From a virus (Duplodnaviria; Caudoviricetes), in the IMG/VR virus record IMGVR_UViG_3300036793_000054, positions 1 to 60,468 of that record: a stretch of 60,468 bases of DNA. The stretch is one strand, 5' to 3'. This document shows, piece after piece, positions 1 through 9,237 of this stretch. Positions within the stretch are counted from its first letter, which is position 1; every line of letters begins with the position of its first letter. The translations under genes were made by a program, and so were the position numbers. The notes beneath the pieces are model-generated. The model saw only the letters and a list, made by a program, of their open reading frames with translations, was not told the DNA's origin and searched no databases.

Positions 1-196
1 GCTCTTGAGCGTCGTCCACAGATCCGCCCCGTCGATGTCGGCCAGCTGCCACAGCCGGGTCAGCGACTGATCCACCGCCGCCGTGCGCACCCCGGTCGTG
101 GTGAACGGCGGCGGGATCACGCCGGAGAACGCGGTATCTTGCTGATACCACACCTGGCCGTACTGGACCGGGCCGAAGATCTGGAACTGGCACAGG
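1..196. repeat. Terminal direct repeat, left copy (circular overlap)
   Basis: 1-196 equals 60273-60468 except position 127 G vs 60399 A. Confidence 0.97.
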
Positions 197-1533
197 TTCG
201 TGTTCGTCGGCTGGAACGCGTAGGTGATCGCGCCGATCGGGTTCGCGTTGCCGCCGTTTCCGCTGGCGATCTGGGTCCCGGTGTCATACAGCCGGATGTT
301 CACCGCAGCCGACGTGAACTGGACCACCGCGTACAGGTAGTGCCAGCCGGTGCCGACCGTCGCCGTCTGGCTCCAGGTCTGGGTGTAGCCCTCGTTGCGT
401 ACCGTCAAGCCCAGCGCGCCCGACTGGTGATCCACCGCCAGCTCGATGAAGCCGGGGTACTGGTTGGCGCCGCCGTAGTTGAACTGCGCCTCGGAAATGA
501 AGCAGGTCATGGTGCTGTTCGTGCTCGCAGCGGTCGGGTCGATGAAGAACCAGGCACCGATGCCGAGCAGGTTCGAGTTATGCGCCAGGTAGTCGTTGAC
601 CGTGATCTGCTCGTTGGTGTGCGCGTTGCCGGAGAGGTAGACGAAGCTGCGGGTGATCCCGATCGAGCCCAGGTGCGCCTCGCCGAGAAAGCAGGTGTTG
701 CCGAACTTGCCAGGTCCGTAGCAGCTGGACACCGCGCCCGCTGGCGACTGATGTGGACGGTTGTAGACGCCGTAACCAAAGTAGTAGTTGTACGGAGGCC
801 CCAGGCTCGGCTCGGTCACCATCGGGTCTTCGATGCCGATCGTGCCGACCGAGGGCAGGCCTGCGCCGTTCATCGTCCAGGCACACAGCACGTCCGGGTG
901 CCACGGCGGCCCGACGTAGTAGTCACCCTTGCGCAGCAGCTCCTCGATCACCCAGCTGGTCGCGATCGAGCCGGTGTCACCCGCGTCCGCCGTGCCGAGG
1001 CCGAGGATCGTCTGGTCGGCCGCCCAGGTCGGCAACGTCACCGGGCCGGTCAGGATTTGACTCGAGTCGTAGCAGGTGATGGTGACGTTGCCGGAGGCCT
1101 TGCTGGGCTGGCACACGTTCACCACGCCCGTGAACTGGCGCAGGTTCACCGGACCGGTCTGGGTCTGCACGATCAGCTCGAAGTAGATCGTCGCGCCCTG
1201 GTTGGCGATCGTGCCCAGGTAGTAATCCGAGTAGGGGCTGAAGGCCTTCCAGACCGGCGTCCCATCGGACAGGTTGCCCTCCAGGGTGATCTGGAACTCG
1301 GCGGCCACGTTGCCGTCCGTGACCTCGATCGGGTCGGGGAAGGTCTGGGCCAGTTCGCGGTCCAGGCTGACCTGAGTCACCACCTTGGACAGGTCGCTGT
1401 TCTGATCGTCGAACAGGCCGTCCCGCAGCCAGTCGACCATCAGCTTCATCTCGAAGCGGCGCTTGCCCTCACCGTCGACACCCAGACCGGGCTTGAGCGC
1501 CTCGGCCAGGAAGGTGTTGGTCGGGAACTGCAC
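1..1533 (-). CDS. Minor tail protein, 5' part; continues across the junction into 59277-60272 (about 842 aa total)
   Basis: GTG at 1533 just after the upstream stop (VQFPTNTFLAEALKPG...); frame matches ORF 59277..60425; beta-rich LamG-like segment (TGWHYLYAVVQF); absent from ORF track because it runs off the edge. Confidence 0.85.
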   Translation of the reverse strand, partial: MQFPTNTFLAEALKPGLGVDGEGKRRFEMKLMVDWLRDGLFDDQNSDLSKVVTQVSLDRELAQTFPDPIEVTDGNVAAEFQITLEGNLSDGTPVWKAFSPYSDYYLGTIANQGATIYFELIVQTQTGPVNLRQFTGVVNVCQPSKASGNVTITCYDSSQILTGPVTLPTWAADQTILGLGTADAGDTGSIATSWVIEELLRKGDYYVGPPWHPDVLCAWTMNGAGLPSVGTIGIEDPMVTEPSLGPPYNYYFGYGVYNRPHQSPAGAVSSCYGPGKFGNTCFLGEAHLGSIGITRSFVYLSGNAHTNEQITVNDYLAHNSNLLGIGAWFFIDPTAASTNSTMTCFISEAQFNYGGANQYPGFIELAVDHQSGALGLTVRNEGYTQTWSQTATVGTGWHYLYAVVQFTSAAVNIRLYDTGTQIASGNGGNANPIGAITYAFQPTNTNLCQFQIFGPVQYGQVWYQQDTAFSGVIPPPFTTTGVRTAAVDQSLTRLWQLADIDGADLWTTLKS

Positions 1534-1534
1534 G

Positions 1535-2434
1535 TCACACCTCGTAGATGGTCAGGGTGCCGGTGAGCGTGCCGCCCAGGTAGTCGGCGCCGCCGGATCC
1601 GCCCTGGTTGGCCAGTCCGTCCACCAGCACCTGTGGCACGCCAGCGCCGAGCACCCACGGCTCCGGTCCGGCGTGATCGGAGACCTGCCAGCCCAACGTG
1701 GTGTAGGTGCCTGCCGCGCTGGCGCGCAGCTGCGGGCGCACCGCCGCGATCGAGCCGTCCAGCGGGATCCGGCGGGTGATGTGCTTGCGGTCCACCAGGC
1801 CGGTCTCGTCCACGGTGCCGGTCCAGGGCGCGTGCGCGGTGCCGGTGCTGTCGTACGGCACCAGCTCCAGGGTCGGATTGCCCGCCTGGACGTAGCAGCT
1901 GAAGGTGATCGTTTCACCGGCCAGCACCGGGATCGGGTTGGCCTCGGCGAGCAGTGTTCCGGCCGCTGTCGGTGTCCAGGACAGCGCCGAGCCGGGTCCC
2001 TGGACGTTGCGCCCGCTGGCCTTGTCCGGCAGCAGGAAGCTGGTGACCGCGACGTGCGGCAGGGCACCGGAGGAGGGGAACCACACCGTATCGGCCGTGT
2101 AGACGGTGTCATTCGCCGAGACGGTCGCGGAGAGACGATTCCGGCGGCGCGGGTCCATCAGGTAGTACGGCCCCGGGATCGCGCCCCGGAAGATCATTTC
2201 GAAGAACGACCAAGCCGGTCCGTCCAGCGCATCGAGCGGGATCTGGAAGCTCTGCTTGTAGCCGAACACGTCCTTGGTGGTCGCGCCGGACAGCGGCTGG
2301 TGCAGGACACCGAACTCGGTGACCGGATTGCTGAAGCCCTCCAGCGGCACCTGGATGGGCATGAGTCGGCCGAGCGGTCCGAACAGGTAGACGCCGTAGC
2401 CGTTGGGGATGCTGGCGAGCACGGGTGCAGTCAT
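1535..2434 (-). CDS. Minor tail protein (distal-tail position), 299 aa
   Basis: ATG overlaps tape measure stop (TGATG); MTAPVLASIPNG...; directly follows tape measure gene. Confidence 0.75.
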   Translation of the reverse strand: MTAPVLASIPNGYGVYLFGPLGRLMPIQVPLEGFSNPVTEFGVLHQPLSGATTKDVFGYKQSFQIPLDALDGPAWSFFEMIFRGAIPGPYYLMDPRRRNRLSATVSANDTVYTADTVWFPSSGALPHVAVTSFLLPDKASGRNVQGPGSALSWTPTAAGTLLAEANPIPVLAGETITFSCYVQAGNPTLELVPYDSTGTAHAPWTGTVDETGLVDRKHITRRIPLDGSIAAVRPQLRASAAGTYTTLGWQVSDHAGPEPWVLGAGVPQVLVDGLANQGGSGGADYLGGTLTGTLTIYEV

Positions 2435-5100
2435 CAGCGCTTCGCATTCTTCTTGTTGGTCCGGTTCACGTGGCTGGTGACCTCGCTGGCACTGATGACC
2501 ACCTGCAGGCCTCCGATCGCGTTGGCCACCTTGTCGCCGATGTCCTCGGTGCCGCTGGCGGACGTGGCGCTCGGCGCGGTGCTGGTGCCGGATCCGACGA
2601 TGTTCGGCACGCTGGCGGCGAAGTTGCCGCCGAGGCCGATGTTGAGGGCGGGGGCGAACGCGTCGACCACCTGACCGGCCGCCTTCTTCATGGTGGCCAG
2701 CAGCGGCGCGGTCGCTGCGGTGACGCCGTTGCCGAAGCCCTGGAACAGCCAGATGCCGTACTGGTGGGTGATCTTGGACGGCGAGCCGATGCCCAGCACG
2801 CTCTTGATCCCGCCGAGGATCTTGGAGCCGATGTTCTTGACCGCGTTCAGGGCGGCGGTGGCCATGTTGCCGATACCGTTGATCAAGCCCTGGACGATGT
2901 CCTTGCCGACACCGAGCAGCCAGGATCCGGCATCCTTCAGGCCGTTCAAGATCGAGTGTCCGAGGTTGGAGAACAGCGAGCCGAGGAAGTTCAGACCAGC
3001 GGTAACGGCGTCGCCGATTGCCTTCAGGGCGCCGGTGAACAGGTCCTTGATCGCGTTCCACAGGCCGGAGACGATCTGCTGGAGTCCGTGTCCGAATTGC
3101 GTCCAATTGCCCGTTATGAGGCCTATGAACACATTAATGATGCCCTTGACCACGTCCAGCACGTCGCCGATGACCTTCGCGATCGTGCCGAACACGGCGT
3201 TGACCACCGGCAACAAGCCCTGGATCGCGGGCACCAAGATCGACACAAAGACCTGAACCAGCTGAGTGATCACCGGGATCAGCGGGGTGACAGCGGGCAG
3301 GATTTGGAGGAAGGCCTGGATCACCGAGTTGATCAGCGGCATGCATGCGGCCAGCACCTGCGCCAGCGCCTGGAGGATCGCCCCGGCGAGCTGGGCCAGC
3401 GGGGGCAGCAGGGGGGCGAGCGCCTGCAGGATCTGACCAAACATTTTGGCCAAATCGGCTATAACGGGCGCCAGGGTCTTCATCACGTTGACCAGCGACT
3501 GACCGATGATCGTCGCGACCTGCTGGATCACCGGCAGGATCGGCTTGATCGCGGCGAACAGCGCGGTGAAGGCCTGGGTGATGACGCCAGCGATGATCGT
3601 CGCCAGCTGGGCCATGATCGGCAGCACGGCCTTGATCACGTCCGCGAGCGCCCCGAACAGCGGCTGCAGGTTCTCCAGCACCGTGTTCATGGACAGCATC
3701 GTCGTGATGATCTGCACGATCGGCGGGATCAGCGGCGCGGCAGCCTGGACGAGGGACAGGAACGTCTGGGCGAGCTCGACAAACACGGCCACCAGCGGCG
3801 CGACCAGGGGAGCCATGCTGTTCAGCAGGGGGGTCAGGATGCCCGCCAGCTGCTGGATCAGCGTGACCAGCGGCGGCAGCACGGCCTGCAAGATCGCGTT
3901 GCCGAGCGGCACCAGCGCGTTGATCACCGCGCCGAGCGCGGGCAGGATGTTGCCCAGCGAGGTCAGCAGCAGCTGCAGGCCTTGCGCGGCAGGCCCCACG
4001 TTGATCGACTTGAACAAGCCGACCAACCCCTGCGCCACGGGCACGAGACCGGCGGACAGCGCGCTGATCAGCGGGCCGAAGTTGGCGATCACTGGAGCCA
4101 AGCCGTTCACCAGGATCCCGACAACCTGCATCAAACCGCCCGCGAGGGTCTGCAGCATCGGCGCGACCGCCGCGCCGATCGACGCGAACGCGGGCGCCAG
4201 GTTCTTGATCAGCGCGTCGGCCTGAGTAGCGATACCGGTCAGTACCGGAACGAACGGCTGGAACGACTTCTGCAACGTCTGCTGCAGGGTTGTCCCGGTC
4301 TTCTTGAACGCGGCCTGCACCTTCGCGTTGCTCGCCTCGGCCGCGATGCCGATCCCGATGAACGCCAGCGGCAACGCCGCGCCGAGCGCACCGAGCGCCG
4401 GACCGGCGGCAGCCGTGATGCCGGTGAACATCAAGCCGATCTTGGACTTCAGGGCGTCGGCCACCGGACCGGCGTTGCCGAACTGGCTGACCATGTTGCC
4501 CAGCGACTTGCTGGCGTTGTCCGCCGAGCCGCGCAGCTTGTCCAGCGAGCTCGCCGCGCTGTCGGCCGACTTCTTGCCGTCGTCGGTGGCCTTCTTGCCC
4601 AGGGTGAACTTGCCGACCAGGTCCTTGATCGCGTTGCCGAGCTTGCTGGCTGCCGACGTGTGCTTGTTGGCGGTGTCCGTACTGTCCTTATCGGACTTCG
4701 TGGCCGCCGTGGTGGCCTTGGTCAGATCCTGCTCGGCCTTCGTGCGCCCCTTCTGCGCCTCCGACAGATAACTCTCCGCGACCTGCGACTTGCCCAGCGC
4801 GTCCGCTACGTCCGCCTCGGCGCTCTTGCGCTGCTTGGCGGTGAACAGGCTGGAGGAGCTGACCGTGTTCAGCCGCTGCTGGGCAGCCGCGAGCTCCTCC
4901 GACGCCTTCTGCTGGGACTTCTCGGCCGCCGTGACCTCACCCTCGGCGCTGGCCAGGTTCTGCTGCAGCTTCGAGAGCGGGTCGGCGCTGCCGGTGTCGA
5001 CGTTCTTCAGGGCGTCCTTGACCGCCGCATCGATCTGCTGCTTCAGTCCGGCCGTCTCCGCGACGATCCGGATCGACGCACTGCCGATCACGGTCGCCAC
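2434..5100 (-). CDS. Tape measure protein, 888 aa
   Basis: N-terminal IGSASIRIVAET, long amphipathic Ala/Leu/Pro repeats, C-terminal LGIGSPSK motif, follows chaperone genes. Confidence 0.95.
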   Translation of the reverse strand: MATVIGSASIRIVAETAGLKQQIDAAVKDALKNVDTGSADPLSKLQQNLASAEGEVTAAEKSQQKASEELAAAQQRLNTVSSSSLFTAKQRKSAEADVADALGKSQVAESYLSEAQKGRTKAEQDLTKATTAATKSDKDSTDTANKHTSAASKLGNAIKDLVGKFTLGKKATDDGKKSADSAASSLDKLRGSADNASKSLGNMVSQFGNAGPVADALKSKIGLMFTGITAAAGPALGALGAALPLAFIGIGIAAEASNAKVQAAFKKTGTTLQQTLQKSFQPFVPVLTGIATQADALIKNLAPAFASIGAAVAPMLQTLAGGLMQVVGILVNGLAPVIANFGPLISALSAGLVPVAQGLVGLFKSINVGPAAQGLQLLLTSLGNILPALGAVINALVPLGNAILQAVLPPLVTLIQQLAGILTPLLNSMAPLVAPLVAVFVELAQTFLSLVQAAAPLIPPIVQIITTMLSMNTVLENLQPLFGALADVIKAVLPIMAQLATIIAGVITQAFTALFAAIKPILPVIQQVATIIGQSLVNVMKTLAPVIADLAKMFGQILQALAPLLPPLAQLAGAILQALAQVLAACMPLINSVIQAFLQILPAVTPLIPVITQLVQVFVSILVPAIQGLLPVVNAVFGTIAKVIGDVLDVVKGIINVFIGLITGNWTQFGHGLQQIVSGLWNAIKDLFTGALKAIGDAVTAGLNFLGSLFSNLGHSILNGLKDAGSWLLGVGKDIVQGLINGIGNMATAALNAVKNIGSKILGGIKSVLGIGSPSKITHQYGIWLFQGFGNGVTAATAPLLATMKKAAGQVVDAFAPALNIGLGGNFAASVPNIVGSGTSTAPSATSASGTEDIGDKVANAIGGLQVVISASEVTSHVNRTNKKNAKR

Positions 5101-5103
5101 GGG

Positions 5104-5426
5104 TTACCGTCCTTGCCCGGGCAGCTCCTGGCCGATCTCCGGCGCGGTCTCCAGGTTGCCGCCCATCGCCTGGTGATCCTCGGTGAGGCCCCAGGTTTCG
5201 CGTGCGCGCTTCGGATCGATCATCGCTTCCGCCGTGGTCATCGAATCGCGCAGCTTGCGCAGCGACTCGTCCGGTATCTCCGGCACCATCGCATACATGG
5301 CGTCAACCCAGTCGCCGACCGGCAGCCGCAACTCATCGACGCCCCGCAAGATGAACTGACCCCGGATCCACGGGCCGTACAGGGGGTTCTGCCTGAGGGC
5401 GAGAAGTGCCTTCAGGCGGGAGTAGG
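5104..5426 (-). CDS. Tail assembly chaperone, downstream (T-like) frame, probably reached by -1 frameshift
   Basis: Open -1 frame overlapping end of 5412..5918, only a weak TTG start at 5349, immediately upstream of tape measure. Confidence 0.65.
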
Positions 5427-5918
5427 GCGGCCGTCCATGGCCGCCTCGATCACGTCACTCATGATCTCCATCAGCACTTCGGCATCGATCGAGACGCCGT
5501 CGTCCTCGATCATCAGATGCTGCCAGCGACGCCGCGATGAGCCCTTGTCCAGGTCCAGCCAGCGATCCTGATCAGTCATCGGATGCAGCCTGCCGTCGCC
5601 GTGCGGCGCGAGGGGCGCGCGGAACTTCGGCTCGTAGTCCGGTCCGGCGTTCTTCGGCTTCGGCACGATGGTGGGCGCCCAGGTGATCGAGACACCGTCG
5701 CTGTCGTCCAGCTGCTTGAGCATGAGCCGGATCGCGGACTCGCCCATCTTGATCGCGTCGTCTGCGTTGCGATACATCGCGATCATTGGGCCGAGGTCGG
5801 CGCTGGGCTTCGCGTTGAACTCGTGCACCTCCTCGACACCGCCCCGGTACACCACGATTTCGTACGGGTGGTTGGGGATCTCGTCGGGGCGCTTCGCGTA
5901 GTACCGCTTGCCTGCCAT
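5412..5918 (-). CDS. Tail assembly chaperone (G-like)
   Basis: Position before tape measure; ends ...GRPTPA. Confidence 0.75.
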   Translation of the reverse strand: MAGKRYYAKRPDEIPNHPYEIVVYRGGVEEVHEFNAKPSADLGPMIAMYRNADDAIKMGESAIRLMLKQLDDSDGVSITWAPTIVPKPKNAGPDYEPKFRAPLAPHGDGRLHPMTDQDRWLDLDKGSSRRRWQHLMIEDDGVSIDAEVLMEIMSDVIEAAMDGRPTPA

Positions 5919-5922
5919 GGGA

Positions 5923-6345
5923 TCAGCCTCTCGCGTCCGGTAGTGAGTTGACCATGAAGTTGTTCGGCCTGATCCCGCGCGGGCGCGTGTGCTTGGCGTA
6001 GATCAAGAAGCCGTTGTAGACGAACCGCAGGTGCGGGTTCGGCCGGTTGTTGCGCGGGAACACGTCGTGCGTGCTCGTGCCGTACAGCTGGTAGCCCAGG
6101 TAGAACGTGCGCTCGTTGCCGATCGTGGTCTCCCCGTACGGGCGCTCGCCGTCGATCCCGCTGCTCTGGGTCATCGTGGAGGCCAGTAGGCCTGTCCGGC
6201 GCGGCACCCGCTTCTGCACGCCCTTGCCGACCCGCAGCTGCCGCCGAGCCAGGTCGCGGCGGATCGGCTCGTGCTCATCGGCGATGAACCTGCGGAACAG
6301 GGCGTCATCCACCCCACCCCCGACGTACTGGACCTGGACGCCCAT
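5923..6345 (-). CDS. Neck/minor tail protein (HK97 gp10-like)
   Basis: VPRRTGLLAS, YGTSTH and RPNNFMVNSL motifs; neck-region position. Confidence 0.65.
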   Translation of the reverse strand: MGVQVQYVGGGVDDALFRRFIADEHEPIRRDLARRQLRVGKGVQKRVPRRTGLLASTMTQSSGIDGERPYGETTIGNERTFYLGYQLYGTSTHDVFPRNNRPNPHLRFVYNGFLIYAKHTRPRGIRPNNFMVNSLPDARG

Positions 6346-6944
6346 CAGGGATGCCCAGAAGGCATCGGCGGGATGGTGGGCATCGGATCCGGCAGCAGGC
6401 TTGCCACCGTGAGGATCAGGCCGCCGGACATGGACACGTAGCCGCCCTCCGGCCCGAACGGCTGCACTGAGCCCGCCTGCACGTTGCAGCCGTCCGGGAT
6501 CGCCGGATTCTCGAACGACACGAAGTTGACCATCGCCTGACTCAGGGTGCCCGCATCGAGCAGGAACTGCTGGCCAGCCTTGTTCAACTCGTCCGGGGTC
6601 GGCACCACGCCACGACCGGAGATCACCGGGGTCTTGCGCACCAGCGCGATCGAGATCTCCGCGTGCCGCATCGCGTTCACCGAGGCGACCTTGCCGAAGC
6701 TCGGCGAAAGCTGGGTGGCATCCACCGAGCGACCCCAGCCGACGCTCGCCAGGGCTACCACCAGCTGCTCGCAGTCCCAGGCGATATCGGCCGGTGACCC
6801 GGCGCCCACATACTGGCGCTTCGGCAGCTGGATGCCGTTCTGGGCGAAGAACGCCACCGTGTCCGACAGCAGCGCGTTCGCCACGGTGGCCAGGTCGATG
6901 CCCGTGGTCGGCTTGGCGTCCTCGTAGCTGTAGGGCACGCTCAT
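6345..6944 (-). CDS. Putative tail terminator/neck protein
   Basis: AWDCEQLVV and PFGPEGGYV motifs; synteny. Confidence 0.55.
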   Translation of the reverse strand: MSVPYSYEDAKPTTGIDLATVANALLSDTVAFFAQNGIQLPKRQYVGAGSPADIAWDCEQLVVALASVGWGRSVDATQLSPSFGKVASVNAMRHAEISIALVRKTPVISGRGVVPTPDELNKAGQQFLLDAGTLSQAMVNFVSFENPAIPDGCNVQAGSVQPFGPEGGYVSMSGGLILTVASLLPDPMPTIPPMPSGHP

Positions 6945-7195
6945 GCCTCCAGCTTCGCCACGGCTGCCGCCACCTCGGCCTCGGTCGGCCTGGGCTTGCG
7001 TGGCTTGCGTCCGGCGGCGCTCTTGCGCTTGCGCGGCGGCTCGGCGACCGGTTCGGGCTCGGCAGCGTGCTGCTCGATCGCCAAGGCCTTCAGCGCGTCG
7101 TCCTTGCGCGCGGCGAAGTCCGGCGGGCGCTTGCGCTGGCGCACCGGCTTGTGCGGGCTGAACGGATCGTGCGGGCGCGAGAGAACCATGCGCAC
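6941..7195 (-). CDS. Hypothetical basic protein
   Basis: Fills gap with ATGA overlap at 3' end; start may be 7189. Confidence 0.5.
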   Translation of the reverse strand: MRMVLSRPHDPFSPHKPVRQRKRPPDFAARKDDALKALAIEQHAAEPEPVAEPPRKRKSAAGRKPRKPRPTEAEVAAAVAKLEA

Positions 7196-7198
7196 AGG

Positions 7199-7516
7199 CT
7201 AGATGTCGCCCGTTTGCCGCCGGGCCTCAATGCGTGCCGCAACATCCGCAAGATGCTCGGCGGTCGGCGCACCGCGCGGGTGATGCCGGGCGCACACCAG
7301 GTGCGTCTCGTGCGTGTCCGGGTCCACCAGTTCGTGCCGGGCGGGCCAGCGCCAGCAGCCTTTCTGGTGGCAGTTGTACTTCTTGATCAGCAGGAACAGG
7401 CCGCCGATGATGCCCAGCTCGCCGACATCCGAGATCGCGCCCGACAACAGGCCGTAGTGCGAGCCGGTGCCGCTGGCGCCGAACTCGTAGAACAGCCAGT
7501 TGCCGATCGCCGACAT
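7199..7516 (-). CDS. Small membrane protein with Cys/His motif, 105 aa
   Basis: ATG overlaps upstream stop; hydrophobic segment then CHQKGC...CARHH. Confidence 0.6.
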   Translation of the reverse strand: MSAIGNWLFYEFGASGTGSHYGLLSGAISDVGELGIIGGLFLLIKKYNCHQKGCWRWPARHELVDPDTHETHLVCARHHPRGAPTAEHLADVAARIEARRQTGDI

Positions 7517-8304
7517 CACATCGCTCGAGGGATATCCGGGCTGAACACCCGCGCCCGGCGCGGCCTGCTCGCCGGGTTGATCGCCGACAGCCACAGGTCG
7601 ACCTTGTAGAGGCCAGTCCGGCCGATCTTGAAGAAGTCCATCGGATCCACCACGGCGATCGACACACCCTGCCGCGACACCGACGTGACCCGCTCCGGCA
7701 GGCGGCAATCCGCCGAGCCGCAGCTGAACAGGTTCAGCTCGTGCGCCAGCTCGACACAGGCGGCCACGCCCGACTCCGGCGCCGCCTCGCCGTAGGTGTA
7801 CTGGATCAAGGTGTCATCGAAGACCTTCGACCAGCGGTCGCCGTCCGTGCGCTCCAGCCAGCCGCCGGGCGAAAGACGCCAGGAGGAGAAGATCTCGCCG
7901 TTGATCGTGACCTGCTCGATCGCGGTCACCTGGTCGTGCGGCAGCTTCACCGCGTACGGGTTCGCCAGCAGCCCCATGTACTGCGGGAACCACGCGAAGC
8001 CGACCATGCTGTTCCACCACCAGTAGCCGGGTCCGGACGGACTCAGGCCCCACTGCCGGTAGTACGGGTAGGCGCCGCTGCCCTGCTCGGGTGGCCGCCC
8101 GCGCAGCTCGGCCGTGTAACTGCAGCCGACCCCCGCCCACTGCTCGCCGGAGAGCTTGTAGAGGATCTCGCTGGCCTGCAGCAGGTAGGACGCCCACTGG
8201 TCATCGGCTTCTTCGCCGCGCCACTGCTCCGGCACGTCGTCCGGGGTCGCCCACGCCCCGCACAGGATCTGGCTGCGCGGGGCGGGCTGACCGGGACTGG
8301 TCAC
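7516..8304 (-). CDS. Head-to-tail adaptor, 262 aa
   Basis: ASEILYKLSG, CRLPERVTSVSRQGVS, RTGLYKVDLWL motifs; GTG overlaps major tail stop. Confidence 0.8.
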   Translation of the reverse strand: MTSPGQPAPRSQILCGAWATPDDVPEQWRGEEADDQWASYLLQASEILYKLSGEQWAGVGCSYTAELRGRPPEQGSGAYPYYRQWGLSPSGPGYWWWNSMVGFAWFPQYMGLLANPYAVKLPHDQVTAIEQVTINGEIFSSWRLSPGGWLERTDGDRWSKVFDDTLIQYTYGEAAPESGVAACVELAHELNLFSCGSADCRLPERVTSVSRQGVSIAVVDPMDFFKIGRTGLYKVDLWLSAINPASRPRRARVFSPDIPRAM

Positions 8305-9221
8305 GTCAGGGTCACCGTCGTGTTGCCAGAGATCGTCTCGTAGGTGGCGGTGATGACCGAGGATCCGGCCGCCACGCCGGTCACCAGGCCGGTGGAGTTG
8401 ACGGTGGCGTCGGCCGTGGTCGCCGAGCTCCAGGTGGCGAGCGAGGTCACGTCCTGAGTGGTGAAGTTGGACATGGTCGCGGTCGCGGTCATCTGGATCG
8501 TGGACGTGTGGCTGATCGACGGGGCCGCCGGAGTGACGGCGATCGATTCCACGGTGGGTGGCGTTTGCTCGATCACGCTGGTCAAACCGACCGACAGATC
8601 GGGCACGCCGTTTTCGCGGACGTACTGCCACACTCGGTCCGAGGGATAGTCGAAGTCGTTTTCGGGACCGGATCCCCAGGCGGGATTCTGGATGGAGTAG
8701 CCGGTGAACTCCGGCAGCATCGCCGCGTCGGCCGCCAGCGCCCACGTACCGGCGGGGGTCAGGTAGCACTGCGGGAACACCCAGTGCAGGTAGGGCAGCG
8801 TCCGCGCGTAGGCCGAACCGAGCACCGCGCGCGACCAGGCCTCGATCGAGATGCCGTTCGGCAGTTCTTCAACACCGGTCTGCGGCGCGCGGTAGCCGAT
8901 CTGGTTCGGAGTCGGCGCGGTGTCGTTGATCGTGTCGCCACCGATCAGGAACTGCAGCAGGTTCGGATCCGGCTGGCAGACCTGCAGGCCTGCGATGCTG
9001 CCACGCTTGAGCGTGAAGGGGGCCTGGTAGTTGACGCACGCGACGCCCCGGCCGTTGAGCTGGGTCACCTCCTTGGCGTCCTCGTATTCCAGGCCCAGCT
9101 CGATCTTGACCAGGGCGTCGGTGCAGTAGGCATTGTTGGCGCCCACCAGCGGCAGCCCCGATGCGTCCAGCTTCGTGATCCGCAGCCCCAGGGCAAACAG
9201 TGTGCCCGAACCGTCAAACAT
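8301..9221 (-). CDS. Major tail protein with C-terminal Ig-like (Big_2) domain, 306 aa
   Basis: LRITKLD...G, SIEAWS, YLHWVFP; C-terminal SIAVTPA...ATWSS...VNSTGLVTGVAAG. Confidence 0.85.
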   Translation of the reverse strand: MFDGSGTLFALGLRITKLDASGLPLVGANNAYCTDALVKIELGLEYEDAKEVTQLNGRGVACVNYQAPFTLKRGSIAGLQVCQPDPNLLQFLIGGDTINDTAPTPNQIGYRAPQTGVEELPNGISIEAWSRAVLGSAYARTLPYLHWVFPQCYLTPAGTWALAADAAMLPEFTGYSIQNPAWGSGPENDFDYPSDRVWQYVRENGVPDLSVGLTSVIEQTPPTVESIAVTPAAPSISHTSTIQMTATATMSNFTTQDVTSLATWSSATTADATVNSTGLVTGVAAGSSVITATYETISGNTTVTLT

Positions 9222-9237
9222 GTCTGATTCTCCCTGT

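Noticed and set aside
1-196. Physical direct terminal repeat of the virion DNA
   Set aside because: Falls mid-gene; more simply an assembly overlap; cannot be decided without reads
139-1566. 475-aa plus-strand ORF
   Set aside because: Antisense shadow of the minus-strand tail gene; high GC3 suppresses stops
2425-5571. 1048-aa plus-strand ORF
   Set aside because: Shadow of the tape measure gene; Arg/Gln/His-rich with no motifs
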